Origin: Candidatus Anderseniibacteriota bacterium
GTDB lineage: Bacteria > Patescibacteriota > JAUYIX01
Direction of reading: 5' to 3'
NCBI GenBank assembly: GCA_046350855.1
Contig: JAXLZM010000001.1
Coordinates: forward strand, 14,104 to 78,103
DNA length: 64,000 nt
Of this stretch, positions 1-10,173 are shown piece after piece. The translations under genes were made by a program, and so were the position numbers. Below the pieces are notes generated by a model, which was not told the origin of the DNA, searched no databases, and was given only the letters and a program-made list of their open reading frames with translations. Within the stretch, counting starts at the first letter, position 1, and every line of letters starts with the position of its first letter.

Positions 1-205
1 GGCGGTCAAGTCTGGTTTTGTGCCGAGGCTCAGGTGATCCATGACTATGGTTCGAGTGGCTCGCGTGAGCGTGCACAACGGTATACGACCGAGGGTTTGC
101 TCTACTTTGCTAAAAAGTACGGCCAAGCCGTTAAACCGCTCGCCACGATTCAGTCCATTAAGGACACCTTACGAGCCTAAGACCGGCTCGTCAGTACGGA
201 TCATC

Positions 206-1486
206 ATGAAAATTATTCACGTCAACAAGTTTTACTTTCCTGAGTACGGTACCGAGCGCTACCTATTTAGTTTGATGCAAGAGCTCGAGCGTCGCGGTCA
301 CACCGTGGTGCCCTTTGCCATGCAGCATCCTAAAAATCAGCCCACACCCTACAGTAAGTACTTTGTCTCACAGATCGATTTAGCCCAGTCTTCTTCTTTT
401 ATCCGGGCGCTCCTGCGAGGAGTTACGATTTTTGGTCGAATGGTCTACTCACTCGAGGCACGCAAAAAGTTTGCGGCCCTACTCGATGAGGTGCAGCCGG
501 ATGTGGTGCACGTCCATACGATTCACCACCATATTTCTCCTTCAATTTTACATCAGGCCACCAAGCGGGGGATTCCGGTTGTACAAACCTTGCATGACTA
601 TAAATTAGTTTGCCCTAGTTATCTGTTTCCGATGCGGGGTGGTCGACCGTGCACCGACTGTCGACGCGGCAACTGGGTGCATGTGATCCGCCATCGTGGA
701 CATAAAAATTCGCGTTCAACCACGGCCGTGCTTGCGGCCGAAAGTTTTTTGCATAGCCTAAGTCGCATGTATGAACGCAACACCGCGCGCTTTATTGCAC
801 CGAGCCAGGACATGGGCGTGCGCTTAGTAGAGATGGGTGTGAGTCCGCGCCAATTGACCGTGATCCCACACTCGATCGATACCACCCTCTGGAAAAAAGC
901 CAGCAAGCTTGGCCAAGGTGTCTTTTTTGCTGGCCGGCTCATGGCTGACCGCGGCATGGATCACTTGGTCAAAATTGCGCAGGGCCTGCCAGCGACAACT
1001 TTTTTTGTGGCTGGAGATGGTCCCGAGCGTGCGGCTCTCGAGGCAAAACTGAGCCTACGTGGGGTGCACAACGTCCGGTTGCTAGGACGTCTGTCCGGCG
1101 AAGAACTCCGTGAGGCCTACCGTCAAGCACGCGTCGTGCTTTTTCCGTCACTGACCCTCGATACCTTTGGTCTAACGGTGCTGGAGGCAATGGCCTCGGG
1201 TAAACCGGTCGTGGCGACCAAGCTGGGCGCAGTGTTGGATTTGGTTCAAGAAGGTGAGACCGGCTCTCTCTATGACCCCGAGCGGCCGGAACAAGCCGTC
1301 GACAGCATCAAAAAATTATTGACGGACGATGCTCTCGCACGCAATCTCGGCAACACTGCCCGGGCCCGCGCCGAGGAGTACACTCTCGACAACCACTACC
1401 GTCAGATCGTAGAACTGTATGCCGAAGTTTTGGTTCAAACTAAGAGCCAGCTCTTTGGTCGTTTGTATCAAGTTACGCAAAGCTAA
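206..1486 (+). CDS. Glycosyltransferase family 4 (GT4), about 426 aa.
   Basis: The ORF runs 41..1486. An internal ATG at 206 gives MKIIHVNKFYFPEYGTERY, a typical GT4 N-terminus. The C-terminal EAMASGKPVVATKLG motif matches the Glycos_transf_1 core. The upstream 55 aa are Arg/Pro-rich and look non-coding. Confidence 0.8.
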   Translation: MKIIHVNKFYFPEYGTERYLFSLMQELERRGHTVVPFAMQHPKNQPTPYSKYFVSQIDLAQSSSFIRALLRGVTIFGRMVYSLEARKKFAALLDEVQPDVVHVHTIHHHISPSILHQATKRGIPVVQTLHDYKLVCPSYLFPMRGGRPCTDCRRGNWVHVIRHRGHKNSRSTTAVLAAESFLHSLSRMYERNTARFIAPSQDMGVRLVEMGVSPRQLTVIPHSIDTTLWKKASKLGQGVFFAGRLMADRGMDHLVKIAQGLPATTFFVAGDGPERAALEAKLSLRGVHNVRLLGRLSGEELREAYRQARVVLFPSLTLDTFGLTVLEAMASGKPVVATKLGAVLDLVQEGETGSLYDPERPEQAVDSIKKLLTDDALARNLGNTARARAEEYTLDNHYRQIVELYAEVLVQTKSQLFGRLYQVTQS

Positions 1487-2646
1487 TGGCCGGCTTACAC
1501 GTTGCTATCGCAGGTCATCGCGGAATCCCCGGTAATTACGGTGGTTTTGAGACTTTTGCTCAGGAGCTCGCTACACGTTTAGTAGAGCAAGGTCATCGAG
1601 TGGATGTGTACTGTCGTACCAACAATGGTACGTACCGCAAACCAAGCTATCGAGGTGTGCGGCTCTTTTACCTCTCGACTATTTCTAACAAATATCTCGA
1701 CACCCTCTACCATTCGCTCAAGTCCGTTTTGCATGCCGCCTTTGTTGGTCGCCCCGATATTTTGCTCCTGGTAAATGTGGGTAATGCTCCAGTCAGTTGG
1801 ATCCCGCGTCTGTTTGGGATCCCCGTGATCCTCAATGTAGACGGTCTGGAGTGGGAACGTCGTAAGTGGAACTGGTTGGCGCGTGTCTACCTGCGTTTTT
1901 GCGCTGCGCTTACCCGAGTAGCACCGACGGCGGTGGTAACGGATGCTAAGGTCATCCAGGATTTTTATAAAGAGCGTCTCGGTCTCGAGACAACCATGAT
2001 TCCGTACGGGGCCGAGGTAACGCGTCGACCTAATGCTGTGGCACTCCGTAAGTACGGTCTCAAGCCCAATCAGTACTATCTGTATGTGGCTCGTTTTGAA
2101 CCGGAGAACAACCCACATTTAGTGGTCGAGGCGTACGAGCAAGTCAAAACTGATAAGCCTCTAGTAATGGTAGGTGATGCTCCCTATGCGCCCGCTTACG
2201 TCAAAAAAGTCCGTGCTACGACCGACCCCCGCATCAAGTTTTTAGGATTTGTCTATGGTCGTGACTACAAAGTCTTGCAGCAAAATGCCTACGCCTATAT
2301 CCAGGCAACCGAGGTGGGTGGAACCCATCCAGCCTTGATCGAAGCCATGGGCTACGGCAACTGTGTCTTAGTCAATGCCACCCCCGAGAACATGGAGACG
2401 GCCAATGGTTCTGCCGTACCATTTTGGTTTTATCGGGGTGGCCGCGCGGCCGAGGGACTGACCCGCAAATTGCGCTTTATTGAGGACAACCCTACGGTGG
2501 CGCAGGAGTTCCGCCGTAAAGCCCGCGTACATATCCGCAAGACCTACCGCTGGGATGTGGTCACACAACAGTATCTAGCTCTGGTTCAACAAGTTCTTGA
2601 ACCACGTCGTAAGGCGACCCTAGCACTCGAATCGCCCAGCACTTAG
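1486..2646 (+). CDS. Glycosyltransferase with a DUF1972-like N-terminus (GIPGNYGGFETF) and a GT1/GT4 C-terminal domain.
   Basis: The MAGLHVAIAGHRGIPGNYGGFETFAQELATRL signature is characteristic of DUF1972 rhamnosyl- or glycosyltransferases. Its ATG overlaps the TAA of the previous gene (TAATG). Confidence 0.7.
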   Translation: MAGLHVAIAGHRGIPGNYGGFETFAQELATRLVEQGHRVDVYCRTNNGTYRKPSYRGVRLFYLSTISNKYLDTLYHSLKSVLHAAFVGRPDILLLVNVGNAPVSWIPRLFGIPVILNVDGLEWERRKWNWLARVYLRFCAALTRVAPTAVVTDAKVIQDFYKERLGLETTMIPYGAEVTRRPNAVALRKYGLKPNQYYLYVARFEPENNPHLVVEAYEQVKTDKPLVMVGDAPYAPAYVKKVRATTDPRIKFLGFVYGRDYKVLQQNAYAYIQATEVGGTHPALIEAMGYGNCVLVNATPENMETANGSAVPFWFYRGGRAAEGLTRKLRFIEDNPTVAQEFRRKARVHIRKTYRWDVVTQQYLALVQQVLEPRRKATLALESPST

Positions 2647-5600
2647 TAAAGTTGCTTGAGAGCGGTTCCGGTGTAGAAATACTTGAGTACTGTGTCAGCC
2701 GATTGCCCAGCCGCGGTGCGAGTTTGGGCGGCTGAGGCGTCTAGACCCACGCCGTGCCCCAGGAGCGGCTTGCCTTGGTTCTCGGGGATCGAGACGCTGA
2801 CGAGCCAGGGTTTAACCGGTCCACCAAAGACCTCGTTAAAACCTCGCGTGTGTCCGTCCGACTGGGAAAAATACGGTGTCACGACCACTTTGTCCTGATA
2901 GGTGACTACCGTACCCCGGGTGGCATTGACCGCCGCGACCACTTTGTCGTTGCGTTTTTCGAGGTTGTAGCCTTTGTACTGCTGGTCGTTTTTGTTATCA
3001 AGATCAAAGCCCTGGGCGGGATGCTTACCGCCAATCGAGCGTTGATACTCGGCATAGGTGCGCGCGGCGATAGCGAGCACTCGTAGATACGTGGCATTGA
3101 GATCATTAGAGGCCTCGGCCAAACCGCGCATATAGAGTTCGAGCGGGAGTTCGTTAATGCCATAGACCTTACCGTCCGTGGCATGACGCACCTCTAGGAC
3201 TCCTCTAAAGGCATTGTCGTTGAGCTGTGGATTCCAGGTGGGGTGATCTTGATAGTCCGCAAACTCTAAAATAGTTTGGCCGTTTGGTACAAACCTAACT
3301 GGCGTTGTGCTTTGACCGGTGAGCGCGCCGGTCAACACGTAGCGCGAGCCGTCCCAGGTCACATCCACGCGACCCGAGCTTACCGAACCCAGTTTGTCCT
3401 TATTGGTATTGGTCACCTGGTAGCTCGACTGCGCCGAGACCCCCACTTTTTTACTGGTCGAGTAGATGCCTATACGCACGTCCGGTCCATTGGAGCCGCC
3501 ACTCGTCTGGGGTGGGGTGCCGGTCGTAGTGCGAACAATCTGGAACGAGCTCCCTGTGATCGCGGCGCCAGTCGGATCTAGTAGGGTAAACCACTCGCTT
3601 GTCTCACTATTTTTGCTGTCAGCCGCAACCTCCATGGAGAGTCGCACTCGTTGATCCGGCCCTACGAGGGGCGGCTCCAGTAAGGTTGGGGTGTACTCAT
3701 TGGTCCAGGAGCCACTCTTAAAGCCACTGGCGTGTTTGATGGATTTGTCCGTCACGACTTGGACTTTGCTTGGTCCGCCGCTCGACCAACTGCGCGCGCC
3801 GAGGTTGGTGAGTTCTACCGAGAGACGTTTGGTTTGGCCAAGCGGGATGCTCACCTTGTTATCGACGGTCTGCAGGCGCGCGGCATAGGCCGGTCGTACC
3901 GCCACTCGGACCGTAACGGTTGAACCATCGATACTCGTTCCACCACTGACCAAGTGATATGTCTCGCTGTACTCTCCCGCATTGGCGGGGGCCTGGATCG
4001 GAAAACTCAAAACGGTCGAACTGCCGCTGACTACGTCTTGGCTCAGTTGCATCGGACGCGTAGTTGAGACCCAACTCCCAGCATGTAAGATCGAGTTGGC
4101 TTGTCCAGCGAGCTCCAGCGCCACCAGGCCTGTACCGCTTGCGCGCCAGGTTTGGGTCGAGTAGTTGGTTAGGCTCAGTTTGACCTGAGCGGTCTCGCCC
4201 GGTGAGACGTAGACCAAGGCCGGACGCTCTTGCAATTCTGCCTGATACGGATTGGAAGCCACCAAATGCAGGGTGAACTCGCTGCCCGCAATAAAGCCAA
4301 CCCCGTCCACGACCGCTTGCATGGGTTCAAAATATTCGGCGGGTTTAGCCGGAATCTGCAGGCTAAAGGTAAAAACACCCTCTTTGTCGGGCGCTACGGC
4401 GCTCGAGTCGAGGAGGGTGGGACGATAGGAGAGTGGCCAGCTGGCATCCCGTAAGACAGAGGTTCGCCCGGTCGGCTGGGTCAAGTTGAGCGCGGCGGGT
4501 GTGGCGCCACTAGCAGACCAAGCTGTAGCCCCGGTGTTGCGGATACGTACCGTAATCTGGGCGGTCTTGCCGCCTTCGACCGCGATGGGATCGACCAGGC
4601 CAATTACTTTGCCCTGGTAGGCTTCGCGGACCGAGCGAGTCAGTGTAAAGGCGGTTCCTGGTATCACGGCCGAACCGCGCCGGGCTACTACAAAGGTATC
4701 TTTGGTGTCTCCGAGGCCCGCGGCCGCGAGTGGAACGATAAAGCTACCGGTTTGTCCCGGTCCGACCGAACTCTCTTTGAGCGTGGTGGGTTCGCTGGCG
4801 GAGTTCCAACCAGTGGTGGCCAAGGTACTCGCGTGGTTAGCGGGACTAGTGGTTCGTAGTACCACTGGAGTAGTCCCACTGTTGGTCCAAGCACTTTGGC
4901 CGGTATTTTTGATCCGCACCGTGGCTTTACCCGCGGTATTTTTAGGTAAAATCGCGCCCGTTACCTCGATAAGACTGCCGCCGTTGCCGCTTGAATAGTA
5001 CGAAGCCCGCGCGGTTAGAGCTTCACTACGGATCCCAGATAGTTGTCCATACTGTGCCGTACCTGGACAGAGCGTTTGGCCAAAATCACGATGCCCGGCC
5101 AAGGTCGGTCCATTTTTATTGACAAAAAAGTGCGTAGCAGTGGGGTCTAAATCATATTTGGCTGAGATAAAGGCAGCGAGTTGTACCAAGGCCTGACGCG
5201 TTTGGCTCGAGATAGGGTTGTTCTCGTAAGTACCAAGCAAAGCGATCCCGATCGAGCCGGTGTTGTAACCGAGTGCATGCGCACCGATCACGCCCCACCC
5301 ACCGGTTCGGCCCTCATAGATCCGGCCTTGGGGGTCAATAATAAAGTTGTAGCCGATGTCACCCCAGCCGAGCGTTTGGGCATGATACTGGTAGATGCCC
5401 CGGATAGTCGCGGCTGGATCGGAGCCACCGTTACCCCCGGCTGTGTGGTGCACCACAATCTGTTGCACCGAAGCGTACTGCGGAGCCCACTCCATCAGTG
5501 ACTCATCGGCGCCCCACTGAGCTCGGCTAATAATAGCCGGTTGATTAGTCGTGGCCGATTGTGCGTTGAGCTGACCCTCTTGGCCGTTGAGATCCGGTGG

Positions 5601-6179
5601 CGGAGCATCCGGTCCGGGGTCGGGGTTCATAAAGTCAAAGCGGATGTCCTCCAAACGTGGAGTACGATCGATGCGGTCGGTTTTGAGATCAGCCGAGAAC
5701 TGTAAACGATTGCCAGGCGGCACAAAGAGCAAATCACTGACCCGGGCGGTAGGATCATCGGCAACAAAGGCATCCTCAGAGAGATGCACTGGTTGCCAAG
5801 CCTGCCAGGAAGTATCTGTGCCGTTGCCGGTCCGGACTGCGAGAGTAAGAGACGTTTGCGCTGGCAGAGCAGCGTGCCACCGTACACCCACGGCAGTAAA
5901 AATCGTCTTAGTGGTGTAGATCTCTGACTCCACGTGACGTGCATCGGCATAGCCACCTTGGCTTTGCGTCAAGGTCAGTCCCGGATTTGAGCTCAAGGTT
6001 TCGACGTTTTGCGCTACCTGAGACTGCGTTGCAAAACTTTGCCCAAGGGAACTGACCAGTTGTTCGACCCCTAACCAACGACGCAACTGGGGAGCGGCCG
6101 AGACCACAGCAAATCCCACCAAGGCTACCGTCAAAAAGACTAAGCCCCAGCGACGTAATCGCCCTGGTGTTGACATGAT
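2643..6179 (-). CDS. Secreted multidomain peptidoglycan hydrolase with an N-acetylmuramoyl-L-alanine amidase domain (amidase_2/PGRP), four repeated Ig-like domains and a C-terminal SpoIID/LytB domain.
   Basis: The N-terminal signal/TM is MSTPGRLRRWGLVFLTVALVGFAVVSA, with the start codon chosen at the internal Met. The amidase_2 motifs are IVVHHTAGGNG and GWGDIGYNFIIDPQGRIYEGR. There are four repeats carrying a T(V/L)RI(K/R)NTG..W..SG motif. The C-terminus, GINELPLELYMRGLAEASNDLNATYLRVLAIAARTYA...TPYFSQSDGHTRG, is SpoIID-like. Confidence 0.8.
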   Translation of the reverse strand: MMSTPGRLRRWGLVFLTVALVGFAVVSAAPQLRRWLGVEQLVSSLGQSFATQSQVAQNVETLSSNPGLTLTQSQGGYADARHVESEIYTTKTIFTAVGVRWHAALPAQTSLTLAVRTGNGTDTSWQAWQPVHLSEDAFVADDPTARVSDLLFVPPGNRLQFSADLKTDRIDRTPRLEDIRFDFMNPDPGPDAPPPDLNGQEGQLNAQSATTNQPAIISRAQWGADESLMEWAPQYASVQQIVVHHTAGGNGGSDPAATIRGIYQYHAQTLGWGDIGYNFIIDPQGRIYEGRTGGWGVIGAHALGYNTGSIGIALLGTYENNPISSQTRQALVQLAAFISAKYDLDPTATHFFVNKNGPTLAGHRDFGQTLCPGTAQYGQLSGIRSEALTARASYYSSGNGGSLIEVTGAILPKNTAGKATVRIKNTGQSAWTNSGTTPVVLRTTSPANHASTLATTGWNSASEPTTLKESSVGPGQTGSFIVPLAAAGLGDTKDTFVVARRGSAVIPGTAFTLTRSVREAYQGKVIGLVDPIAVEGGKTAQITVRIRNTGATAWSASGATPAALNLTQPTGRTSVLRDASWPLSYRPTLLDSSAVAPDKEGVFTFSLQIPAKPAEYFEPMQAVVDGVGFIAGSEFTLHLVASNPYQAELQERPALVYVSPGETAQVKLSLTNYSTQTWRASGTGLVALELAGQANSILHAGSWVSTTRPMQLSQDVVSGSSTVLSFPIQAPANAGEYSETYHLVSGGTSIDGSTVTVRVAVRPAYAARLQTVDNKVSIPLGQTKRLSVELTNLGARSWSSGGPSKVQVVTDKSIKHASGFKSGSWTNEYTPTLLEPPLVGPDQRVRLSMEVAADSKNSETSEWFTLLDPTGAAITGSSFQIVRTTTGTPPQTSGGSNGPDVRIGIYSTSKKVGVSAQSSYQVTNTNKDKLGSVSSGRVDVTWDGSRYVLTGALTGQSTTPVRFVPNGQTILEFADYQDHPTWNPQLNDNAFRGVLEVRHATDGKVYGINELPLELYMRGLAEASNDLNATYLRVLAIAARTYAEYQRSIGGKHPAQGFDLDNKNDQQYKGYNLEKRNDKVVAAVNATRGTVVTYQDKVVVTPYFSQSDGHTRGFNEVFGGPVKPWLVSVSIPENQGKPLLGHGVGLDASAAQTRTAAGQSADTVLKYFYTGTALKQLY

Positions 6180-6276
6180 CAAATGCATCGCGAGAGGGAA
6201 GGTGATTGCGACATCTAGCCCTGATTTTGTCAATAATCGAGGCAAACGGCAAGAGAGGCGTGGTACGATAGCGGCA

Positions 6277-9060
6277 ATGCGTAAAAGCGGCCTCAGTTTG
6301 CTCGTAAGTCTCCTTGTTGTACTCATTTTGGGTACGCCTTCTACTCGTCTTTTGGCGGCTCCCGCGTCTGCATCCTCCCTTAGTCTCGCCGCGTTGGCCG
6401 AGCGGGGAGCAATTTTGCCAGATCGGGTAGTGGTTCAACTGGATGAACACACCACCACACCCGCTTTGATCGCCGCGAGTATTGGTAAACAGAGCACAGC
6501 TCTGGTGCGGGCGACGGCCGCGGACCAACCGGTGGCAAGTTTTTTTTCGTTACCGGTTGCGGCCGATCAACGCGACGCGCTCTTGGCGCAACTGCGTGAG
6601 ACCCCAGGCGTGCGCTATGCCGGACCGGAGTATGTCTATCATGCCACCTCAGAACCGCTCTTTACCTCAGAGTGGTCCATGCACAATACCGGGCAAGTGA
6701 TTGGGGGTGTCACGGGTACGGTTGACGCCGATCTCGACGGACCAGAGGCCTGGGCCAACAGCACCGGTAGTGCCAGTGTAGTCGTGGCGGTGGTTGACTC
6801 AGGGGTTGATCTTACGCATGTGGATCTTAGTGCCAACATTTGGACCAATTCTGGACAAGCGTGCGGAGTAGGGGACGGAGATGGCAACACTTTAATTGGT
6901 GATTGCAAAGGCTACGACTTTGTCTCGAGCTTTAGTGGTTCTGGTTCTAACGGACCGCGGGATGATGACCCCAGTCCTTGCAGTACAGACATTTTGGTGC
7001 CTGACACGGGTGACTGTAATGGCGTGGATGATAATGGGGATGGTTCGGCCGACAACTTTGCGGTGCATGGCACACATGTAGCGGGGATCATCGCCGCGCC
7101 TCAAAACTCATTGGGTATCTCCGGGGTAGCACCGAATGTCAAAATTATGCCGGTGCGCGCTTTGACCGAGGATGGTACGGGCATTACCACGGATGTGTTG
7201 GCCGCCATGAACTACGCCATTGATGAGGGTGCCGACGTAATCAACATGAGCTTTGGCTCGGATGTGTTTGACAGCTCTTTTGATAGTGTCGTGTTGGCCG
7301 CCGATGCAGCTAACGTGGTCTTGGTTGCTGCCGCAGGTAACGCTAACGAGAACATCATGACGGGGACGGATTGTGACTCGCCGGTCTGTAACGACGACCC
7401 TAATAGTACCGGACTTAACGGTGTCATCAGTATTGCTGCTACCAATAATAAAGATCGTAAATCGGGTTTTTCTAACTACTCGACGCAGGGGTACGTCGAC
7501 CTTGCGGCCCCTGGACAATCCATTATTTCTACTTGCTACCAAAACAGCGGCACACCGAGCTGTCCGACGGACTTAGGTGGCGGTGGGCGGTACGCCACGA
7601 TCAGTGGAACCAGTCAGGCGACGCCACACGTCAGTGGAGTAGCGGCGCTGATTCGCTCGATTTCGCCGAGTATTTCGGCGCAGGATCTCGCGACCGTTTT
7701 ATTTGCTACCTCCGACAACATCACCTCGGCTAATGTCGGTTTGGGCGGTTGCGGTGGCTCTGATTGCACGACGGGTTCGGGCGGACAGATCGGGCGAGGG
7801 CGGGTCAACGCTGCTAACATCTTTGACCCATCGATCATCTCGCTCTCACCGGGACGGGCCACTCGCGGTACACTCGGATTGAGCGTTACTTTGACCGGAC
7901 TTAATACAGGTTTTTCGGGGAGCTCCAACGCTTCTTTTGGGACCGGAATAAACGTCACGAGTACCTCGTGCAGCAGTGCGACCCGTTGTACGGCCGTTAT
8001 CGATGTTACTGACTCAGCCACCCTAGGAGACCACAGCGTTACTATTAAAACCGGTTCACAAACGGTCAGTAGTCTAGCAGCCTTTGTTGTAGATGATTCT
8101 ATCTTACGAATCGCCGGACCCAACCGGATTGGTACTGCTATCGAAATTAGCAAAAACGGTTTTCCAGCCAACGGCTCAGCTGATGCGGTCTTGATCGCAC
8201 GCAGTGATACCTTTCCGGATAGCTTGGCGGGTGGACCACTGGCGAGTTTAGCTACTGCTCCAATTCTCTTTACGCCCTCTGACTCACTGGACAGCTTTAC
8301 TCAAGCTGAGATCGAGCGTGTGTTGGATCCTGGCAGTGATAGCACCCCGGATATTTACGTGCTCGGACAAACGGCAGCGCTGAGCTCGGCCGTGGAGGCC
8401 CAACTCGGCACGCTTAACGCTAACTGGCAAGTTAAGCGTCTCGGTGGCATTAATCGAGTCGATACAGCCGTGGCCATCGCCGATGAGGGTAATGCCTTAC
8501 GTGGTGGAGCACCTTCGCAAGTGGTTGTGGCGACTCAAGGGACTTTTGCGGATGCACTCAGTGCTGGTGTCCCAGCCGGTGACCCAGTGATTGATGGATC
8601 CCGCATGCCCATTTTATTGACCGATCGAACCAACTTGTCCGCTGGTACCGCCGCCTACCTCAGCGCCTACCGGAATACGATCGGTGCCATCTTTGTGGTT
8701 GGCGGAACCGCTGCGGTGAGCGACGCAGTGGTAACACAGATGTCGCAGTACGTAGGAAATATTCAGCGATTAGATGGTGCCGATCGCTACGAGACCGCTC
8801 AAGCCGTGGCGGAGTACTTTTATCCTACTCCCGTCTCGATCTCATTTGCCTCAGGCTTAAACTTTCCGGATGCAATGGCAGGCAATTGGCACTCAAGCTC
8901 ACAGGGGTCACCCCTCCTGTTAGTACGCGGCAGCGAGACGCCCCAAGCCACCATTGACTACGTCCAAGCGCACGCAGGCACGGTCCTCGGCGGCTTTTTG
9001 TATGGTGGAACAGCTGTAATTCCCGACGATGTCAAAACACTTTTGGAAGGTATCATGTAG
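6277..9060 (+). CDS. Secreted subtilisin-like serine protease (peptidase S8) with three C-terminal CWB2-type cell-wall-binding repeats.
   Basis: The signal peptide is MRKSGLSLLVSLLVVLILG. The S8 catalytic triad motifs are VVAVVDSGVD, HGTHVAGIIAA and GTSQATPHVSGVAAL. There are three repeats of roughly 100 aa with RIAGPNRIGTAIEIS, RLGGINRVDTAVAIA and RLDGADRYETAQAVAEY signatures of the CW_binding_2 type seen in LytC and Cwp proteins. Confidence 0.85.
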   Translation: MRKSGLSLLVSLLVVLILGTPSTRLLAAPASASSLSLAALAERGAILPDRVVVQLDEHTTTPALIAASIGKQSTALVRATAADQPVASFFSLPVAADQRDALLAQLRETPGVRYAGPEYVYHATSEPLFTSEWSMHNTGQVIGGVTGTVDADLDGPEAWANSTGSASVVVAVVDSGVDLTHVDLSANIWTNSGQACGVGDGDGNTLIGDCKGYDFVSSFSGSGSNGPRDDDPSPCSTDILVPDTGDCNGVDDNGDGSADNFAVHGTHVAGIIAAPQNSLGISGVAPNVKIMPVRALTEDGTGITTDVLAAMNYAIDEGADVINMSFGSDVFDSSFDSVVLAADAANVVLVAAAGNANENIMTGTDCDSPVCNDDPNSTGLNGVISIAATNNKDRKSGFSNYSTQGYVDLAAPGQSIISTCYQNSGTPSCPTDLGGGGRYATISGTSQATPHVSGVAALIRSISPSISAQDLATVLFATSDNITSANVGLGGCGGSDCTTGSGGQIGRGRVNAANIFDPSIISLSPGRATRGTLGLSVTLTGLNTGFSGSSNASFGTGINVTSTSCSSATRCTAVIDVTDSATLGDHSVTIKTGSQTVSSLAAFVVDDSILRIAGPNRIGTAIEISKNGFPANGSADAVLIARSDTFPDSLAGGPLASLATAPILFTPSDSLDSFTQAEIERVLDPGSDSTPDIYVLGQTAALSSAVEAQLGTLNANWQVKRLGGINRVDTAVAIADEGNALRGGAPSQVVVATQGTFADALSAGVPAGDPVIDGSRMPILLTDRTNLSAGTAAYLSAYRNTIGAIFVVGGTAAVSDAVVTQMSQYVGNIQRLDGADRYETAQAVAEYFYPTPVSISFASGLNFPDAMAGNWHSSSQGSPLLLVRGSETPQATIDYVQAHAGTVLGGFLYGGTAVIPDDVKTLLEGIM

Positions 9061-10075
9061 TGGTCTCGGCTTGGTATTGCTCGCTGCAACCCTGGCCGTA
9101 CCGACGTACCACTCGGCGCAGGCCGCCGGTTCACTCCAACGTATCGCGGGCCCCAATCGTTTAGGCACCGCCATCGAGGCGAGTCGTCAATTGTTTGCCG
9201 CAACAGACAGTGCCGGCGGCGTAGTACTTGCACGTCAAGATGGATTTGCAGATGCCTTAGCGGCGAGTAGCTTGGCAGGATTGGTGCGAGGCCCAATTTT
9301 ATTAACCCCCGCCAATGCAGCACTTGATCCACTTGTCCTGGATGAGATTAATCGCGTGCTTGCTCCCGGTAAGCCCGTCTTTATTATTGGCGGAACCAGT
9401 GCCCTCAGTAGCAGCCTTGAAGGTGCGCTTGGACAGTATGCGGTTACGCGCCTGGCCGGTCAGGATCGTTTTGAAACCGCAACGCTTATTAAAAAAAGAG
9501 GGGATACGGTACGCGGGAGTGTCGCCAGCGCCGCATTTTTTGTGCGAGGTGATACCTATCCCGATGCACTCTCGGTCTCGAGCTACGCGGCCCTCAGTGG
9601 AACACCGATTTTGTTGGTGCAGCAAAATTTGATTCCACAGACGGTTGCGGATCTGCTCGACTCCACACTTGCTACCGCATATGTTGTAGGAGGAACCTCG
9701 GCCGTGAGTGACGGCGTGCTCACTACCATAGAATCCGCTACCAATAATTTGGCAACGCGCCTGGCCGGTGCCAACCGTTATGAGACCTCGGCCTTGATCG
9801 CTGAGTATTTTTTCCCGAGTCCTTTGGCAGTTTTGCTTGCGACTGGAGAAAATTTTCCGGACGCACTCGCTGGTGGTGTCTTAGCGGGGCTCTCACTGAT
9901 TAGTCCGTCGGGACTACCCGTCCTATTGATTACACAAAACAGTGTGCCTTCGCCGGTTGGGACCTACCTGACGGATAACGCAGCAACCATCGATGATGTA
10001 ACCAGTGGCTACGTAATGGGTGGCGAGGCGGCCGTCTCACTCGATACCGAGCTCTATCTCGAAGGTCGGCTTTAG
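9029..10075 (+). CDS. Secreted protein made only of three CWB2 cell-wall-binding repeats.
   Basis: The signal peptide is MSKHFWKVSCSGLGLVLLAATLAVPTYHSAQA. The repeats are RIAGPNRLGTAIEAS, RLAGQDRFETATLI and RLAGANRYETSALIAEYF. The gene overlaps the protease 3' end by 32 nt. Confidence 0.75.
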   Translation: MSKHFWKVSCSGLGLVLLAATLAVPTYHSAQAAGSLQRIAGPNRLGTAIEASRQLFAATDSAGGVVLARQDGFADALAASSLAGLVRGPILLTPANAALDPLVLDEINRVLAPGKPVFIIGGTSALSSSLEGALGQYAVTRLAGQDRFETATLIKKRGDTVRGSVASAAFFVRGDTYPDALSVSSYAALSGTPILLVQQNLIPQTVADLLDSTLATAYVVGGTSAVSDGVLTTIESATNNLATRLAGANRYETSALIAEYFFPSPLAVLLATGENFPDALAGGVLAGLSLISPSGLPVLLITQNSVPSPVGTYLTDNAATIDDVTSGYVMGGEAAVSLDTELYLEGRL

Positions 10076-10173
10076 TCGTCGCGCGCTAGCTTGCCAGACC
10101 TGAGTGAACATTGTAGAGTTTTGCCGCTCTAAAGGCGGATTTTCTTGATTACTAATGGCTCTACAAAGCCATA

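Noticed and set aside
41-205. A possible 55-aa N-terminal extension of the first glycosyltransferase (track start at 41).
   Set aside because: The extension is Arg/Pro/Ser-rich and non-hydrophobic. The internal ATG at 206 gives a canonical GT4 N-terminus.
6175-6276. The track start of the S8 protease at 6175 (MIKCIARGK...), which would overlap the divergent amidase start.
   Set aside because: The ATG at 6277 begins a textbook signal peptide, and the upstream 34 aa are not signal-like. The amidase start was likewise moved to its internal Met (6179) to avoid a head-on overlap.
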